Source: Nitrosopumilus sp. (lineage in GTDB: Archaea > Thermoproteota > Nitrososphaeria > Nitrososphaerales > Nitrosopumilaceae). Taken from it: DNA of 64,000 bases. Positions 30,760 through 40,429 of the stretch are shown in pieces. The number at the start of each line of letters is the position of its first letter. The stretch's first letter is position 1. The notes beneath the pieces are model-generated. The model worked only from the letters and a program-made list of their open reading frames with translations, did not search any database and was not told the origin of the DNA. A program made the translations under genes and the position numbers. Location of the stretch: positions 640,001 through 704,000 of the forward strand of contig CBDBGZ010000009.1 of assembly GCA_965205425.1 (NCBI GenBank), written 5' to 3'.

Positions 30760-31905
30760 TTAGAGAGCTTTTAATTTTTCTTCTGCAGTTTTAAGTCCTG
30801 CTTGAGCATCTACATCATATCCCATCATTGATAGTGTAGCTGAGATTGAAGAAATAGTTCTCATTACATGATAAGGACTAACTTCACCCATACATCCAAC
30901 TCTGAAGACTTTACCTTTAAGATCACCAAAGCCACCAGCAACTAGTACTTTGAATTTATCAGCTAATGTACTTCTAAAAATTTTGTCTTCAAGTCCATCC
31001 AAGTAATTTAATGCAATAATTGAGATTGAACGATCTTCTTCTTTTGCAAATGGAGAAAGACCCATTGCACTTAGACCAGAGTATAATGCATCAGAACAAA
31101 CTTTATGACGTTTAAAGACATTTTGTAATCCTTCTTCTAAGATCATGGATAATGCTTCTCTATATGCATACATCAATGGTAATGCAGGTGTGAAAGGAGT
31201 ATGTTTTTCTCCATCATAAAACTTGAAGTATCTTGCTAAATTGAAGTAGTGTGTTGGTGGTGGATTTTCAATCATGTATTTTTTGGCTTTAGCACTAACA
31301 GATATTGGTGAAATTCCTGGAGGAGCAGCTATTGCTTTTTGTGCACCAGTAAGACATACATCAATATTCCATTTGTCTACTGGAAGTGGAGCACCGCCAA
31401 GTAGTGAAACAGAATCTACAACATAGAATGCATCATTCCTTGAAGTTAAATCAGATACTTTATCAAGATAATTTATCATTGTTCCTGTTGAAGTTTCATT
31501 GTGAACAGCATAGAATGCTTTTACATCTTTGTTATTGTCAAATGCTTCTTTAACTTGATCAAAAGTTGCGTTTTCTCCGAGTGTAGTTTGAAGTTTTACA
31601 ACATTACCTCCTTGGCCTTCAATTAATTCTGATAATCGTCTACTAAATTCTCCATTTACAGGAATGATAACTTTATCACCTTTTTTAACTAAATTTACAA
31701 CACTTGCTTCAACTGCACCAGTTCCTGATGCAGATAATGCTACAATATCGTTTTGTGTTTCAAATACTTGTTGAGTTTTATCAACAACATCAGTGTATAA
31801 TTCTACAAAATCATCGCTTCTGTGATTGATAATGGGTGCTAACATTGCCCTCATTACTCTATTTGGTACATTTGTTGGACCAGGAAGCATTGAAAGATAT
31901 TCCAT
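30760..31905 (-). CDS. class V aminotransferase (serine-pyruvate/alanine-glyoxylate type)
   Basis: MLPGPT, HNETSTG, DSVS, GAQKA (PLP lysine). Confidence 0.92.
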   Translation of the reverse strand: MEYLSMLPGPTNVPNRVMRAMLAPIINHRSDDFVELYTDVVDKTQQVFETQNDIVALSASGTGAVEASVVNLVKKGDKVIIPVNGEFSRRLSELIEGQGGNVVKLQTTLGENATFDQVKEAFDNNKDVKAFYAVHNETSTGTMINYLDKVSDLTSRNDAFYVVDSVSLLGGAPLPVDKWNIDVCLTGAQKAIAAPPGISPISVSAKAKKYMIENPPPTHYFNLARYFKFYDGEKHTPFTPALPLMYAYREALSMILEEGLQNVFKRHKVCSDALYSGLSAMGLSPFAKEEDRSISIIALNYLDGLEDKIFRSTLADKFKVLVAGGFGDLKGKVFRVGCMGEVSPYHVMRTISSISATLSMMGYDVDAQAGLKTAEEKLKAL

Positions 31906-31944
31906 CTGTTATCTAACACCAGTTATTTTGGGGTTTATTTATAA

Positions 31945-32439
31945 TTAGAGATTTTTCAAATGTTCTTTGGCACCAGTTTTTTCCAAAAAGTTTCTTGTAC
32001 CATTAGGAACTAGATCATCCCATTTTTGATCACAAATTATCAGATCGCGAATATTGGTTCCAGATAGAGATTTTCTATTTAGAAAAGGAATTGCAAGAAC
32101 TTGGATATTTCTTTTAGAGTACAAATGTTTTGTCAAGTCATCATTTGAAAAAATAATATCAAATTTTGGTACTATAGTATCTATTTTTTCAATCCATCGA
32201 ATATGATTATCTACATCGGGAATAAAATAAATTGAAATTTTCTCTTTCATTGAATCACCAATAGAAGCTAAAATCATTTCTTTGCGTTGTTCTGCTGTAA
32301 ACGGATTATTTTTTTCCACAGGCTTATTTGAGCTCCCTAATCCTACCCACAATTTATCGACCTTAGATAATGCATATTGTAATGCTTCAAGATGACCCAA
32401 GTGAAAAGGTTGGAATCTTCCTATCAACAAACCATTCAT
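31945..32439 (-). CDS. nadM: nicotinamide-nucleotide adenylyltransferase
   Basis: GRFQPFHLGH, NPFTAEQR, SGTNIR. Confidence 0.93.
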   Translation of the reverse strand: MNGLLIGRFQPFHLGHLEALQYALSKVDKLWVGLGSSNKPVEKNNPFTAEQRKEMILASIGDSMKEKISIYFIPDVDNHIRWIEKIDTIVPKFDIIFSNDDLTKHLYSKRNIQVLAIPFLNRKSLSGTNIRDLIICDQKWDDLVPNGTRNFLEKTGAKEHLKNL

Positions 32440-32500
32440 ACAAACTATAGAAAATTTCTTTTTAAAAAACTATCATAAAGAGCAGTTATCAGAAAAAATT

Positions 32501-33523
32501 ATGGATTTTCTAAAAATTAATGGAGGTCATGGAGAAGGAGGAGGTCAGATAATCCGTTCTGCAATAGTACTTTCATGTATAACAAAAAAACCAATTCATT
32601 TAGAAAATATTAGAAAGAATAGAAAAATTTCAGGATTAAGACCACAACATCTTACTGCAATTACTATTCTTCAAAAAGTTGCAAATGCTAAAGTGGTTGG
32701 AGCAGAAATAGGATCAACTGAGTTAAAGTTTATTCCAGGTAATATTGAAAATTTGGATTTAATTGAAGATGTTGGAACTGCAGGGAGTATTCCATTAATT
32801 TTACAAGTGTCAATTCCTGTAGTTGCGATATCAAAAAAACAACTTAATTTAAAAATTAAAGGTGGAACAGATGTACTTTGGAGTCCAACGACAGATTATA
32901 CTCAACATATACTAAAAAATGCATATTCAAGAATGGGAATTAGTTTTTCATTTGAATTAATCAAACGTGGTTATTATCCCAAAGGTAGTGGAGAAATTAA
33001 ATTAAAAGTTAATCCATCAAATGTAAAATCAATAACATTTTCCAAAAGACAAACAAATAATGTAAAATTAATTTGTTCATTTTCAAAATTAACAGAAGAA
33101 GTAATTGAAAATGAAATAAATAAAATTGTGAAAAAATTGACCAATGAAAATTTTATTGTGGATACAGAAATAAAGTTAGAAAATGCAGTTGATTCAGGTG
33201 CATCCTTGTTAATTTACAGTATTGATGAAAATTCTATAATAGGAATTGATGCTTTGTATGATAAAAAAACACAAGAATTTGATTTAGATCTTGAGAAATT
33301 TATTCAAAGTTATTCAGTTGATGAGAATTTGGCAGATATGCTTGTAGTTCCTGCTAGTTTAGGTTCTGGAAAAACAGTTTTTCAAGTAAAAGAAATTACA
33401 AAACATTTAGAAACTAACTTGTTTGTTACTTCAAAAATCACTGGTTGTAAGTATGGAATTGGGAAGACAAGTTATGGTTTTGATGTAATTATTGAAGGAA
33501 TATCAAACACCAGCATCAAGTAA
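32501..33523 (+). CDS. rtcA: RNA 3'-terminal phosphate cyclase
   Basis: GEGGGQIIRS, GLRPQH, GTAGSI, RGYYPKG, HLETN. Confidence 0.93.
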   Translation: MDFLKINGGHGEGGGQIIRSAIVLSCITKKPIHLENIRKNRKISGLRPQHLTAITILQKVANAKVVGAEIGSTELKFIPGNIENLDLIEDVGTAGSIPLILQVSIPVVAISKKQLNLKIKGGTDVLWSPTTDYTQHILKNAYSRMGISFSFELIKRGYYPKGSGEIKLKVNPSNVKSITFSKRQTNNVKLICSFSKLTEEVIENEINKIVKKLTNENFIVDTEIKLENAVDSGASLLIYSIDENSIIGIDALYDKKTQEFDLDLEKFIQSYSVDENLADMLVVPASLGSGKTVFQVKEITKHLETNLFVTSKITGCKYGIGKTSYGFDVIIEGISNTSIK

Positions 33524-34000
33524 TGATGCAAAAAATAGAATAGCTATTGATAAAACTACAGTAATCTCTCCAAGGATGATTATTTTTTTCCTTAATTTTT
33601 GTATTTCAAGTTCTGGCATTTGATTTGACATAATTCTTTCTTCAACATCTTTACGAATTACTCTAACATGAACAGCATATGTTACAATTAATGCAATTAC
33701 AAGAATGATTTTGATAATTAAAAATGTCCCATAACTAGTTGATACTAGAAGATCAGGTTTACTAAGTAAGACATGTGAAGTATACAAACCTGTAACCATT
33801 AAGATAATCAACGATGGAACAGCAACTTTGTTAAATCGTCTACCTACACGAATCATTATTTGCATTCTTTCTTCAATAGAATTTGTCATGGTTTTCAAAA
33901 GTGGAGAAAATACAATTCCAATGAATAATGAACCGCCAACCCATATTGCAGCTGCAACAAGATGAATCCAAGTGATAATTGCCTGTTCTAGAGCAGCCAT
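33503..34000 (-). CDS. CopD-family membrane protein
   Basis: WIHLVAAAIWVGG motif, four TM helices. Confidence 0.8.
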   Translation of the reverse strand: MAALEQAIITWIHLVAAAIWVGGSLFIGIVFSPLLKTMTNSIEERMQIMIRVGRRFNKVAVPSLIILMVTGLYTSHVLLSKPDLLVSTSYGTFLIIKIILVIALIVTYAVHVRVIRKDVEERIMSNQMPELEIQKLRKKIIILGEITVVLSIAILFFASLLDAGV

Positions 34001-34081
34001 AGTTTATGATATTTTAAATCAAATATTATGTATTTGGATCTTGCCAACCTTTTTTAGTTGTACAAATCTGGAATCATTGAA

Positions 34082-34576
34082 ATGGCACTTCAAAGTAAAT
34101 TGATAGTTTATCTAGCAATAGTTGGAGTTTTAGCATTAATGGGAGGAATTATTTTCTATGCTAGTCTGGATAATGATGAACTTGCTTTAATTGAGGTTGA
34201 ACTAACAAATGTGAAACTATTAGATGTAAACACAGTAGAAAATCAAGCAAAGTTTGAAGTTACATTTTTGGTAACAAATCCAAGTGACAAAACATTAACA
34301 GTTTCACAAATAGATTTTCAACTATATGGTAATGGTGACTTGTTAGGTCCTGGATTATATTCTACAACAGACATAGCATTACCAGGTAGAGCATTGTTTG
34401 TTTCAGGTGCAGAAATTCCATTGAAAAATATATTTGTTCTAAGTAAATCTGAAATAAATTCAGAAGTTTATGAGGATGCAATAAATGAAAGATTAACAAG
34501 TTTTTCTGCTGAAGGAAAAATTATCACTCAAACTTCCTGGAGTGAAACTGAGAAAGATTTCAAGACAGGTTATTAA
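34082..34576 (+). CDS. membrane-anchored LEA_2/WHy-like domain protein
   Basis: N-terminal TM; FLVTNPSDKTLTVSQIDFQLY motif. Confidence 0.7.
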   Translation: MALQSKLIVYLAIVGVLALMGGIIFYASLDNDELALIEVELTNVKLLDVNTVENQAKFEVTFLVTNPSDKTLTVSQIDFQLYGNGDLLGPGLYSTTDIALPGRALFVSGAEIPLKNIFVLSKSEINSEVYEDAINERLTSFSAEGKIITQTSWSETEKDFKTGY

Positions 34577-34584
34577 TTAAAAAG

Positions 34585-34658
34585 TGGGCCTAATGAGATT
34601 CGAACTCATGATCACCGCCATGTCGAGGCGGTATCCTAACCAGCTAGACTACAGGCCC
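34585..34658 (-). tRNA. tRNA-Val (GAC)
   Basis: Minus strand GGGCCTG...CCGCC-TC-GAC-AT-GGCGG...TTCGAAT...TAGGCCC-A folds as a cloverleaf; CCA not encoded. Confidence 0.95.
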
Positions 34659-34727
34659 ATTGAAAAATAAATCAAATAATTGACATTATTAACGTTTAAC
34701 AAAAGAAAGAATTGAGGTAGAAAAGAG

Positions 34728-35438
34728 ATGACAGAAGATTTTACTGATGAAGAAAAAAGAGGTTTCTACAAGGCAATCTATTCAAGAAGGGATGTAAGAT
34801 CTCACTTTATATCAAAACCAATAGAAGATGAGGTTTTATCAAAAATTCTTAACGCAGCACATCATGCACCATCTGTAGGATTTTCTCAACCATGGAATTT
34901 TATTTTAATTAAAGATCAAGATACTAAAAAGAAAATAAAAGAATCTTTTGAGGAAGAAAAAAATCGTTCATCACAATTAGTGGAGGAACCGAAGAAAACA
35001 AAATATCTTTCATTTAAACTAGAAGGTATTTTAGAATCACCAGTAAATCTTTGTGTAACATATGATCCTACAAAATTTGGACCATTTGTAATTGGTCGTT
35101 CAAGTATTCCTGAAGCAGGTCTTTACAGTGTTTGTTGTGCAATTCAAAATTTATGGCTATCAGCTAGAACAGAAGGGGTTGGATTAGGATGGGTAAGTAT
35201 TCTATCAAATGAAACTTTGAAAGAAACTTTAGATTTACCTGAACATGTAATCCCTGTTGCCTACTTGTGTTTAGGGTACGTTGATGAGTTTGCAGAAAAA
35301 CCAGATCTTGAAACTAAAGGGTGGTTACCAAGACTAGAATTGAAAGATGTGGTATATTTTGAAAAATGGAATGATAAAGAAAACAAAAACTGGGAAAAAA
35401 TTCAAACTATGATTAAAGATAATCTTGATTACGCTTAA
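34728..35438 (+). CDS. bluB: 5,6-dimethylbenzimidazole synthase
   Basis: RRDVRSHF, APSVGFSQPW, SVCCAIQNLWL, GLGWVSI. Confidence 0.93.
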   Translation: MTEDFTDEEKRGFYKAIYSRRDVRSHFISKPIEDEVLSKILNAAHHAPSVGFSQPWNFILIKDQDTKKKIKESFEEEKNRSSQLVEEPKKTKYLSFKLEGILESPVNLCVTYDPTKFGPFVIGRSSIPEAGLYSVCCAIQNLWLSARTEGVGLGWVSILSNETLKETLDLPEHVIPVAYLCLGYVDEFAEKPDLETKGWLPRLELKDVVYFEKWNDKENKNWEKIQTMIKDNLDYA

Positions 35439-35462
35439 ATAATTAAGAATGTTTTTTTTGCT

Positions 35463-35555
35463 GGGCTTGTAGCGCAGAGTCAATTTGACGCGCAACATGG
35501 ATAGCGCAGTAGCCTCCTAAGTTACAGGTCGAGGGATCGAAGCCCTCCAAGCCCG
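35463..35555 (+). tRNA. tRNA-Arg (CCT) with an 18-nt intron in the D-loop (35478-35495)
   Basis: Acceptor GGGCTTG/CAAGCCC, D-stem GCGC/GCGC, anticodon arm GTAGC-CTCCTAA-GTTAC, T-arm GAGGG-ATCGAAG-CCCTC. Confidence 0.9.
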
Positions 35556-35594
35556 TTTAATTTTTTATTCATGGAAATTTAAATACAAAGACAA

Positions 35595-36137
35595 ATGGCT
35601 GAAGTTATGAAAGTTGTTGTAATATCTGGCAGTCCAAGAAAAAATGCAAATACACAAATCATAATGAAATATGTTTATGAATATACTAAATCAAAAAATC
35701 AAGATACAAAAATCATCAATCTATCAGAGGATGACATTGAATGTTATAAGGGATATGATGTAGAATATAATGAAGCTACTAAAACTGCTGCAAAAGAAAT
35801 TATGGATGCGGACGTTTGGATAATAGGAACACCAATCTATAATTCATTTTTTAGTTCTGCGTTAAAAAATTTGTTTGAATATGTAGATTATAAAAAAACT
35901 GCAGGGAAAGTAGCAGGAATGGCAATTTTAGCTGCAGGAGATATTGGTTTTATCAATGTCCAAAATCTAGTTACACAATTATTGTCATATTTCAGAGTAA
36001 CTACAAATCCAAAAGCAGTATTTTTAACTACAAAATCAGTTTCTGAAAATTCTATTACCGATGAAAATGCACAAACTAGATTAAAAGAAATGGTAGATGG
36101 AACTTTAGAACTTGCTTCTAAATTACAGCAAGATTAG
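35595..36137 (+). CDS. NADPH-dependent FMN reductase (flavodoxin-like)
   Basis: ISGSPRKNANT, GTPIYNSFFSSALKN. Confidence 0.9.
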   Translation: MAEVMKVVVISGSPRKNANTQIIMKYVYEYTKSKNQDTKIINLSEDDIECYKGYDVEYNEATKTAAKEIMDADVWIIGTPIYNSFFSSALKNLFEYVDYKKTAGKVAGMAILAAGDIGFINVQNLVTQLLSYFRVTTNPKAVFLTTKSVSENSITDENAQTRLKEMVDGTLELASKLQQD

Positions 36138-36276
36138 TGTGTAGATAAACTATGAAGATTTTTACTGTGTAACTACCCTTAAAATTAGCCTCAATATTGT
36201 CCTGATCAGAATTTAAAATTCTAAATTTGTATTCATAATAACCATCTTCATTTACATCAGTTTGAGCAAAGTGTAT
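36118..36276 (-). pseudogene. 3' remnant of a beta-rich protein gene abutting IS630
   Basis: Open frame IHFAQTDVNEDGYYEYKFRILNSDQDNIEANFKGSYTVKIFIVYLHTNLAVI* without a start, ending at the IS boundary. Confidence 0.4.
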
Positions 36277-36359
36277 TTAGTTTAGGCATATAAATTTTGA
36301 ATAAACTGTCAAGTATTTTAACCCAAAAGATCTAGATCGTAGAATCAATTCATGAAACC

Positions 36360-36959
36360 ATGTCAAAGAGTACAAGACAATCCAAGGTTTCCTCTGGGAA
36401 TCAATTCATGAAAGGTACAAGCATTAATTTTTTAAGAAAAACATGCAAGAATGAAAAAAATGCAAAAGCAAAGATAAGACTAAAGGCTGCAATACTAAGA
36501 AAACAAAATATTCCGTATTCTGTGATATGTGCAAGTCTGGATGTCATACCATCAACTCTGTCCTACTGGCTAAATCGAATGGATGAAGAGGGAATATCTG
36601 CATCACGCCGCAAGAAATATTCTGGTTCTAGATGTTTTTTAAATGAAAAACAACTAGTATCATTAAGAAATGATCTGATTTCAGGTCCAGAAAAGTTTGG
36701 ATTTAACCAATTCATGTGGAGTACAAGAATGGTAATTACACATGTGAATAAAAAATACAACACCCTATACTCTGCACGTGGAATGCGTGAATTGCTGCAC
36801 AGAATTGGATTCTCATCTAAAAAACCACGTCCCACACATCACAAATCAGCCTCAAAAGAGGAACAAACCCGTTTTAAAAAAACGCAAAAAGGAGTATCAA
36901 AAAATATTCCAAATTGGGACATATCACACTATGTCTGGATGAGTCAACAAACAAGATAG
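36360..36959 (+). CDS. IS630 transposase OrfA (HTH region)
   Basis: WSTRMV...LLHRIGFSSKKPRP HTH; FKK at slippery site TTTAAAAAAAC near 36873. Confidence 0.88.
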   Translation: MSKSTRQSKVSSGNQFMKGTSINFLRKTCKNEKNAKAKIRLKAAILRKQNIPYSVICASLDVIPSTLSYWLNRMDEEGISASRRKKYSGSRCFLNEKQLVSLRNDLISGPEKFGFNQFMWSTRMVITHVNKKYNTLYSARGMRELLHRIGFSSKKPRPTHHKSASKEEQTRFKKTQKGVSKNIPNWDISHYVWMSQQTR

Positions 36960-37420
36960 CACCTAACATAAAGCGCGGATGGTATCTTGCAGGCAATAAC
37001 ATTACCACACCAATTAATTACACTCGAGAAAAATTTCAATCATTTGGTGCATTGGGGGATGACGGCGTATTTTTTTGTAGGTTCTATGATAAATCAAACA
37101 CAGACTCATTTCTTGATTTCTTAAAATCCTTGCAGAAACAATTTGGCAAGAAACTGTTATTATTTGCAGACAATGCATCATACCACAAAAGTGTTAGAGT
37201 AAAAGAATTTCTCAAGGTATCAAAAAGAAATGTAATCATAAGATATTTTCCTGCATACACCCCAGAACTCAATCCAATTGAGGTACAGTGGAGAGAAGAG
37301 AAAAATGGTAATGCCAATACATTCTTTGTAAATGGAACTGAGATGAGAAAACACATGCAGAAGAGATTAGATAATGGAGACGTTCGAGTTGTGAAATTAT
37401 TCAAATATTTAATGCCTTAA
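36914..37420 (+). CDS. IS630 transposase OrfB (DDE domain), in -1 frame relative to OrfA
   Basis: CLDES, ADNASYH, PAYTPELNPIE triad. Confidence 0.9.
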   Translation: MGHITLCLDESTNKIAPNIKRGWYLAGNNITTPINYTREKFQSFGALGDDGVFFCRFYDKSNTDSFLDFLKSLQKQFGKKLLLFADNASYHKSVRVKEFLKVSKRNVIIRYFPAYTPELNPIEVQWREEKNGNANTFFVNGTEMRKHMQKRLDNGDVRVVKLFKYLMP

Positions 37421-37515
37421 CTATAAAACTCTAATTTTGGAATAAAAGATTCATTACAAATCTATATGATCAAACTGCAAAAGTCAAATATTAACAGATT
37501 ATATCAATAGTACTA

Positions 37516-37635
37516 ATGAATTTGAAAAAAGATCCTACAGAACTATGTTCATGTAAATGTCATTTTGGTGGTGCTGTTAGTTGTCCTGGATGTAAAGAGA
37601 ATCATGATGAAATTTGTTGTCATTGTAAAGATTAG
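37516..37635 (+). CDS. 39-aa Cys/His-rich metallothionein-like peptide
   Basis: Read manually: MNLKKDPTELCSCKCHFGGAVSCPGCKENHDEICCHCKD* (8 Cys, 3 His). Confidence 0.6.
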   Translation: MNLKKDPTELCSCKCHFGGAVSCPGCKENHDEICCHCKD

Positions 37636-37637
37636 AT

Positions 37638-38114
37638 CTATTTACTCTTAGTTTTTCTTTCTGATGCAAGCATTTTGAGATTAGCTAATTCAGTTTTTAA
37701 TGATTCAATTTGTACAAGAGTTTCAAGATTAGCAATTTCTTGATTTAATCTTTCAATTTCACTATCTTTGAGTTTAACAGTTTCTTTTACATCATTTAGT
37801 TCATTAGATAATTCATTTTGAATTTGTTTGATTTCTGAAAGACTAACTTGTGAACCTGTGGTTGTAGTTTCAATAGTTTGTGTGTTACTCAAGCTTTTTT
37901 TTTCGGCATGTGTTGGTGCGTGATGATGCATATAATCAGTACTTTTTTGAGAAATCCAACATGTGAAAGTCATGAACCATGTAATTGGAACAGCCATAAT
38001 GAAAATAAAGTTCAATAAAGGTGCAAAATCTAAAAACCAAGGCCAAAGACCAGTTAATACTGCTGCAAAAACTCCAGTTACTAATGTGGCTAGATGGTTA
38101 CCAACATATCCCAT
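37638..38114 (-). CDS. hypothetical protein: two TM helices, His-rich linker, coiled coil
   Basis: Hydrophobic N-terminus, MHHHAPTH, heptad C-terminus. Confidence 0.75.
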   Translation of the reverse strand: MGYVGNHLATLVTGVFAAVLTGLWPWFLDFAPLLNFIFIMAVPITWFMTFTCWISQKSTDYMHHHAPTHAEKKSLSNTQTIETTTTGSQVSLSEIKQIQNELSNELNDVKETVKLKDSEIERLNQEIANLETLVQIESLKTELANLKMLASERKTKSK

Positions 38115-38196
38115 AATTATTTGAAAATTTCATTATTTATAACAGTAATGCTAAAAATCACAAAATAATATAATTAAAAAGAAAAAAGAGCCGAGT

Positions 38197-38427
38197 TTAT
38201 TCGTCTTCTTCAGTGGTAGTAGTTGCTTTTGGCATGTCTGATTGTAAGATTTGGATTTTTTGCAATAGTTCAGTTCTTAGATCTCTTGCAACTCTTCTTA
38301 CAGTTGGTCTTGGAACGCCAAGTTCATCAACTACTTTGGTGTAAATATCCTGTTTGTCAGTCACACCCTTGTCAAGATAAGAATTAATCGCTTCTTTAAT
38401 TATCGTGCTTTGGTTTGTACGATTCAA
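38197..38427 (-). CDS. small HTH-like protein
   Basis: VVDELGVPRPTVRRVAR resembles a helix-turn-helix. Confidence 0.7.
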   Translation of the reverse strand: MNRTNQSTIIKEAINSYLDKGVTDKQDIYTKVVDELGVPRPTVRRVARDLRTELLQKIQILQSDMPKATTTTEEDE

Positions 38428-38673
38428 CGAATACTGAATTTTATTTGTTCTATATAAGACTATAACTTTTGGAATTTCAAAATGTCATATCTAATAAATT
38501 CAAATTGTGTAAATAATAATAAAATTAAAAATTTTCAAAGTCTACATCAACAAGTTTTCTAACGAAAAACGTACTGATCATTGTGAATTTTTCAATATTG
38601 TTAAACTATCTACAGGAATTTTCCAAGACCTTTTCACAAAAGACTATTAAGATGTATTTGTAGATTCAACCTA

Positions 38674-39150
<477 letters not shown>

Positions 39151-40044
39151 ATGAAATCAATCGTAGTATTTATCATAATTTTATTAGTGCTAGTAATTCC
39201 TTCTGCGATTGCTCAAGAAGTGAGTATAGGGAAAGAAGCTAATCAAAAATCAATTATTTTTACAATAAACGAAACGGGTGAAATTCATGTTATACACATT
39301 GTTGATTCTTCTAATTCTCCAACACAAGTTGAGTTAATTGACGGTGAAATTCAAAATCTAATCATTACTAATGAAAAAAATGAAGAGCAGATGTTTTCAA
39401 TAATTGGTGAAAATCAAGCTGTATTGATTTTTCCATCAGATAATGATTCAATAATAGAATATGATTTAGAAAATGTACTTTTTCTTAAAGATAATTTTTG
39501 GACATTAGATTTTCTGTATTTAGAAACTACAACTTTTATTGTTCCTGAAAAATTAAATGTGGTTTATGTAAATGGCAATGTAGTTCACTTAGGTGACAAA
39601 AAAGGATTCACATGTCATGGTTGTCAAATGATTTTAGAATATGCATTTAATGAACCTACAAATACCATAAATGTAGATTGGGAAAATAAAAAATTTGTTG
39701 TAGAGATGAGAACTTTTGCCAATATAGAAAATTTTGAGTTCAATCAATCTGAAAAAGAAATTAGTTTTAATGTAAATGAGAGCAATCAATTCATTACAGC
39801 TATAATTCCATTAGAATTATTGTGGGGACCATATGCAATATTACTAGATGATGAAAAAACGTATTTCAATGACTCCAAAAATAATGGCACACATGTTTGG
39901 ATTAATATGAAACCTAATAATACAGGGGAAATTAGTATTATTGGAACTACAGTAGTGCCTGAATTTCCAATAATAGCTCCCTTAGCTATTGGATTTTTAA
40001 TGATAATGATGATTCCTTTAATTAAAAAAATTAATCTCCGCTAG
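39151..40044 (+). CDS. secreted protein with PEF-CTERM sorting signal
   Basis: Signal peptide; C-terminal VVPEFP + TM + basic tail. Confidence 0.82.
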   Translation: MKSIVVFIIILLVLVIPSAIAQEVSIGKEANQKSIIFTINETGEIHVIHIVDSSNSPTQVELIDGEIQNLIITNEKNEEQMFSIIGENQAVLIFPSDNDSIIEYDLENVLFLKDNFWTLDFLYLETTTFIVPEKLNVVYVNGNVVHLGDKKGFTCHGCQMILEYAFNEPTNTINVDWENKKFVVEMRTFANIENFEFNQSEKEISFNVNESNQFITAIIPLELLWGPYAILLDDEKTYFNDSKNNGTHVWINMKPNNTGEISIIGTTVVPEFPIIAPLAIGFLMIMMIPLIKKINLR

Positions 40045-40186
40045 AACCACAAGAGCAGAAACCATATTCATCTATTCTAACATTACAAATGACACATTTT
40101 TCACCATAATCTACTTCCCAGGGTTCCTTACCAAAAAGCTTAAAATGATCATCTATTTCGATTGGAATCTCTCTTTTCTTTTCCAA
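40031..40186 (-). CDS. 51-aa zinc-finger microprotein
   Basis: Read manually (TTG start): MEKKREIPIEIDDHFKLFGKEPWEVDYGEKCVICNVRIDEYGFCSCGSSGD*. Confidence 0.7.
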   Translation of the reverse strand: MEKKREIPIEIDDHFKLFGKEPWEVDYGEKCVICNVRIDEYGFCSCGSSGD

Positions 40187-40234
40187 TGATTTGTATAGTC
40201 ATTTCAACTATACATACATTATCTGAGAATAGTC

Positions 40235-40429
40235 ATGAAAATTGAATGTGGATGTCATTGTATAAAGTGCAAAAGCACAAATTTAGAATCAAACAGAATT
40301 GGGCAAGTTGAGAAAGATGGATATTTTGATATGCATCACACATGTAAACAATGCAATACACATTTTGATCATTTAGATGGAGAAATTTTTTCACACTGTG
40401 AGAAATGTAATTTTTTAATTAGTGACTAG
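40235..40429 (+). CDS. small Cys/His-rich zinc-ribbon protein
   Basis: CGCHCIKC, HHTCKQC, HCEKC. Confidence 0.75.
   Translation: MKIECGCHCIKCKSTNLESNRIGQVEKDGYFDMHHTCKQCNTHFDHLDGEIFSHCEKCNFLISD

Larger units (their letters stand above)
36278..37423 (+). mobile_element. IS630-family insertion sequence
   Basis: 27-bp imperfect IRs (TAGTTTAGGCATATAAATTTTGAATAA vs TAGTTAAGGCATTAAATATTTGAATAA, 22/27) ending in TA at both sides; split transposase. Confidence 0.9.

Noticed and set aside
33315..33420. RtcA seemed to lack a catalytic His (DENLAD)
   Set aside because: The adenylated His corresponds to the downstream HLETN motif, which is present
34585..35555. tRNA genes as integration sites
   Set aside because: No duplicated tRNA 3' ends or adjacent integrase seen
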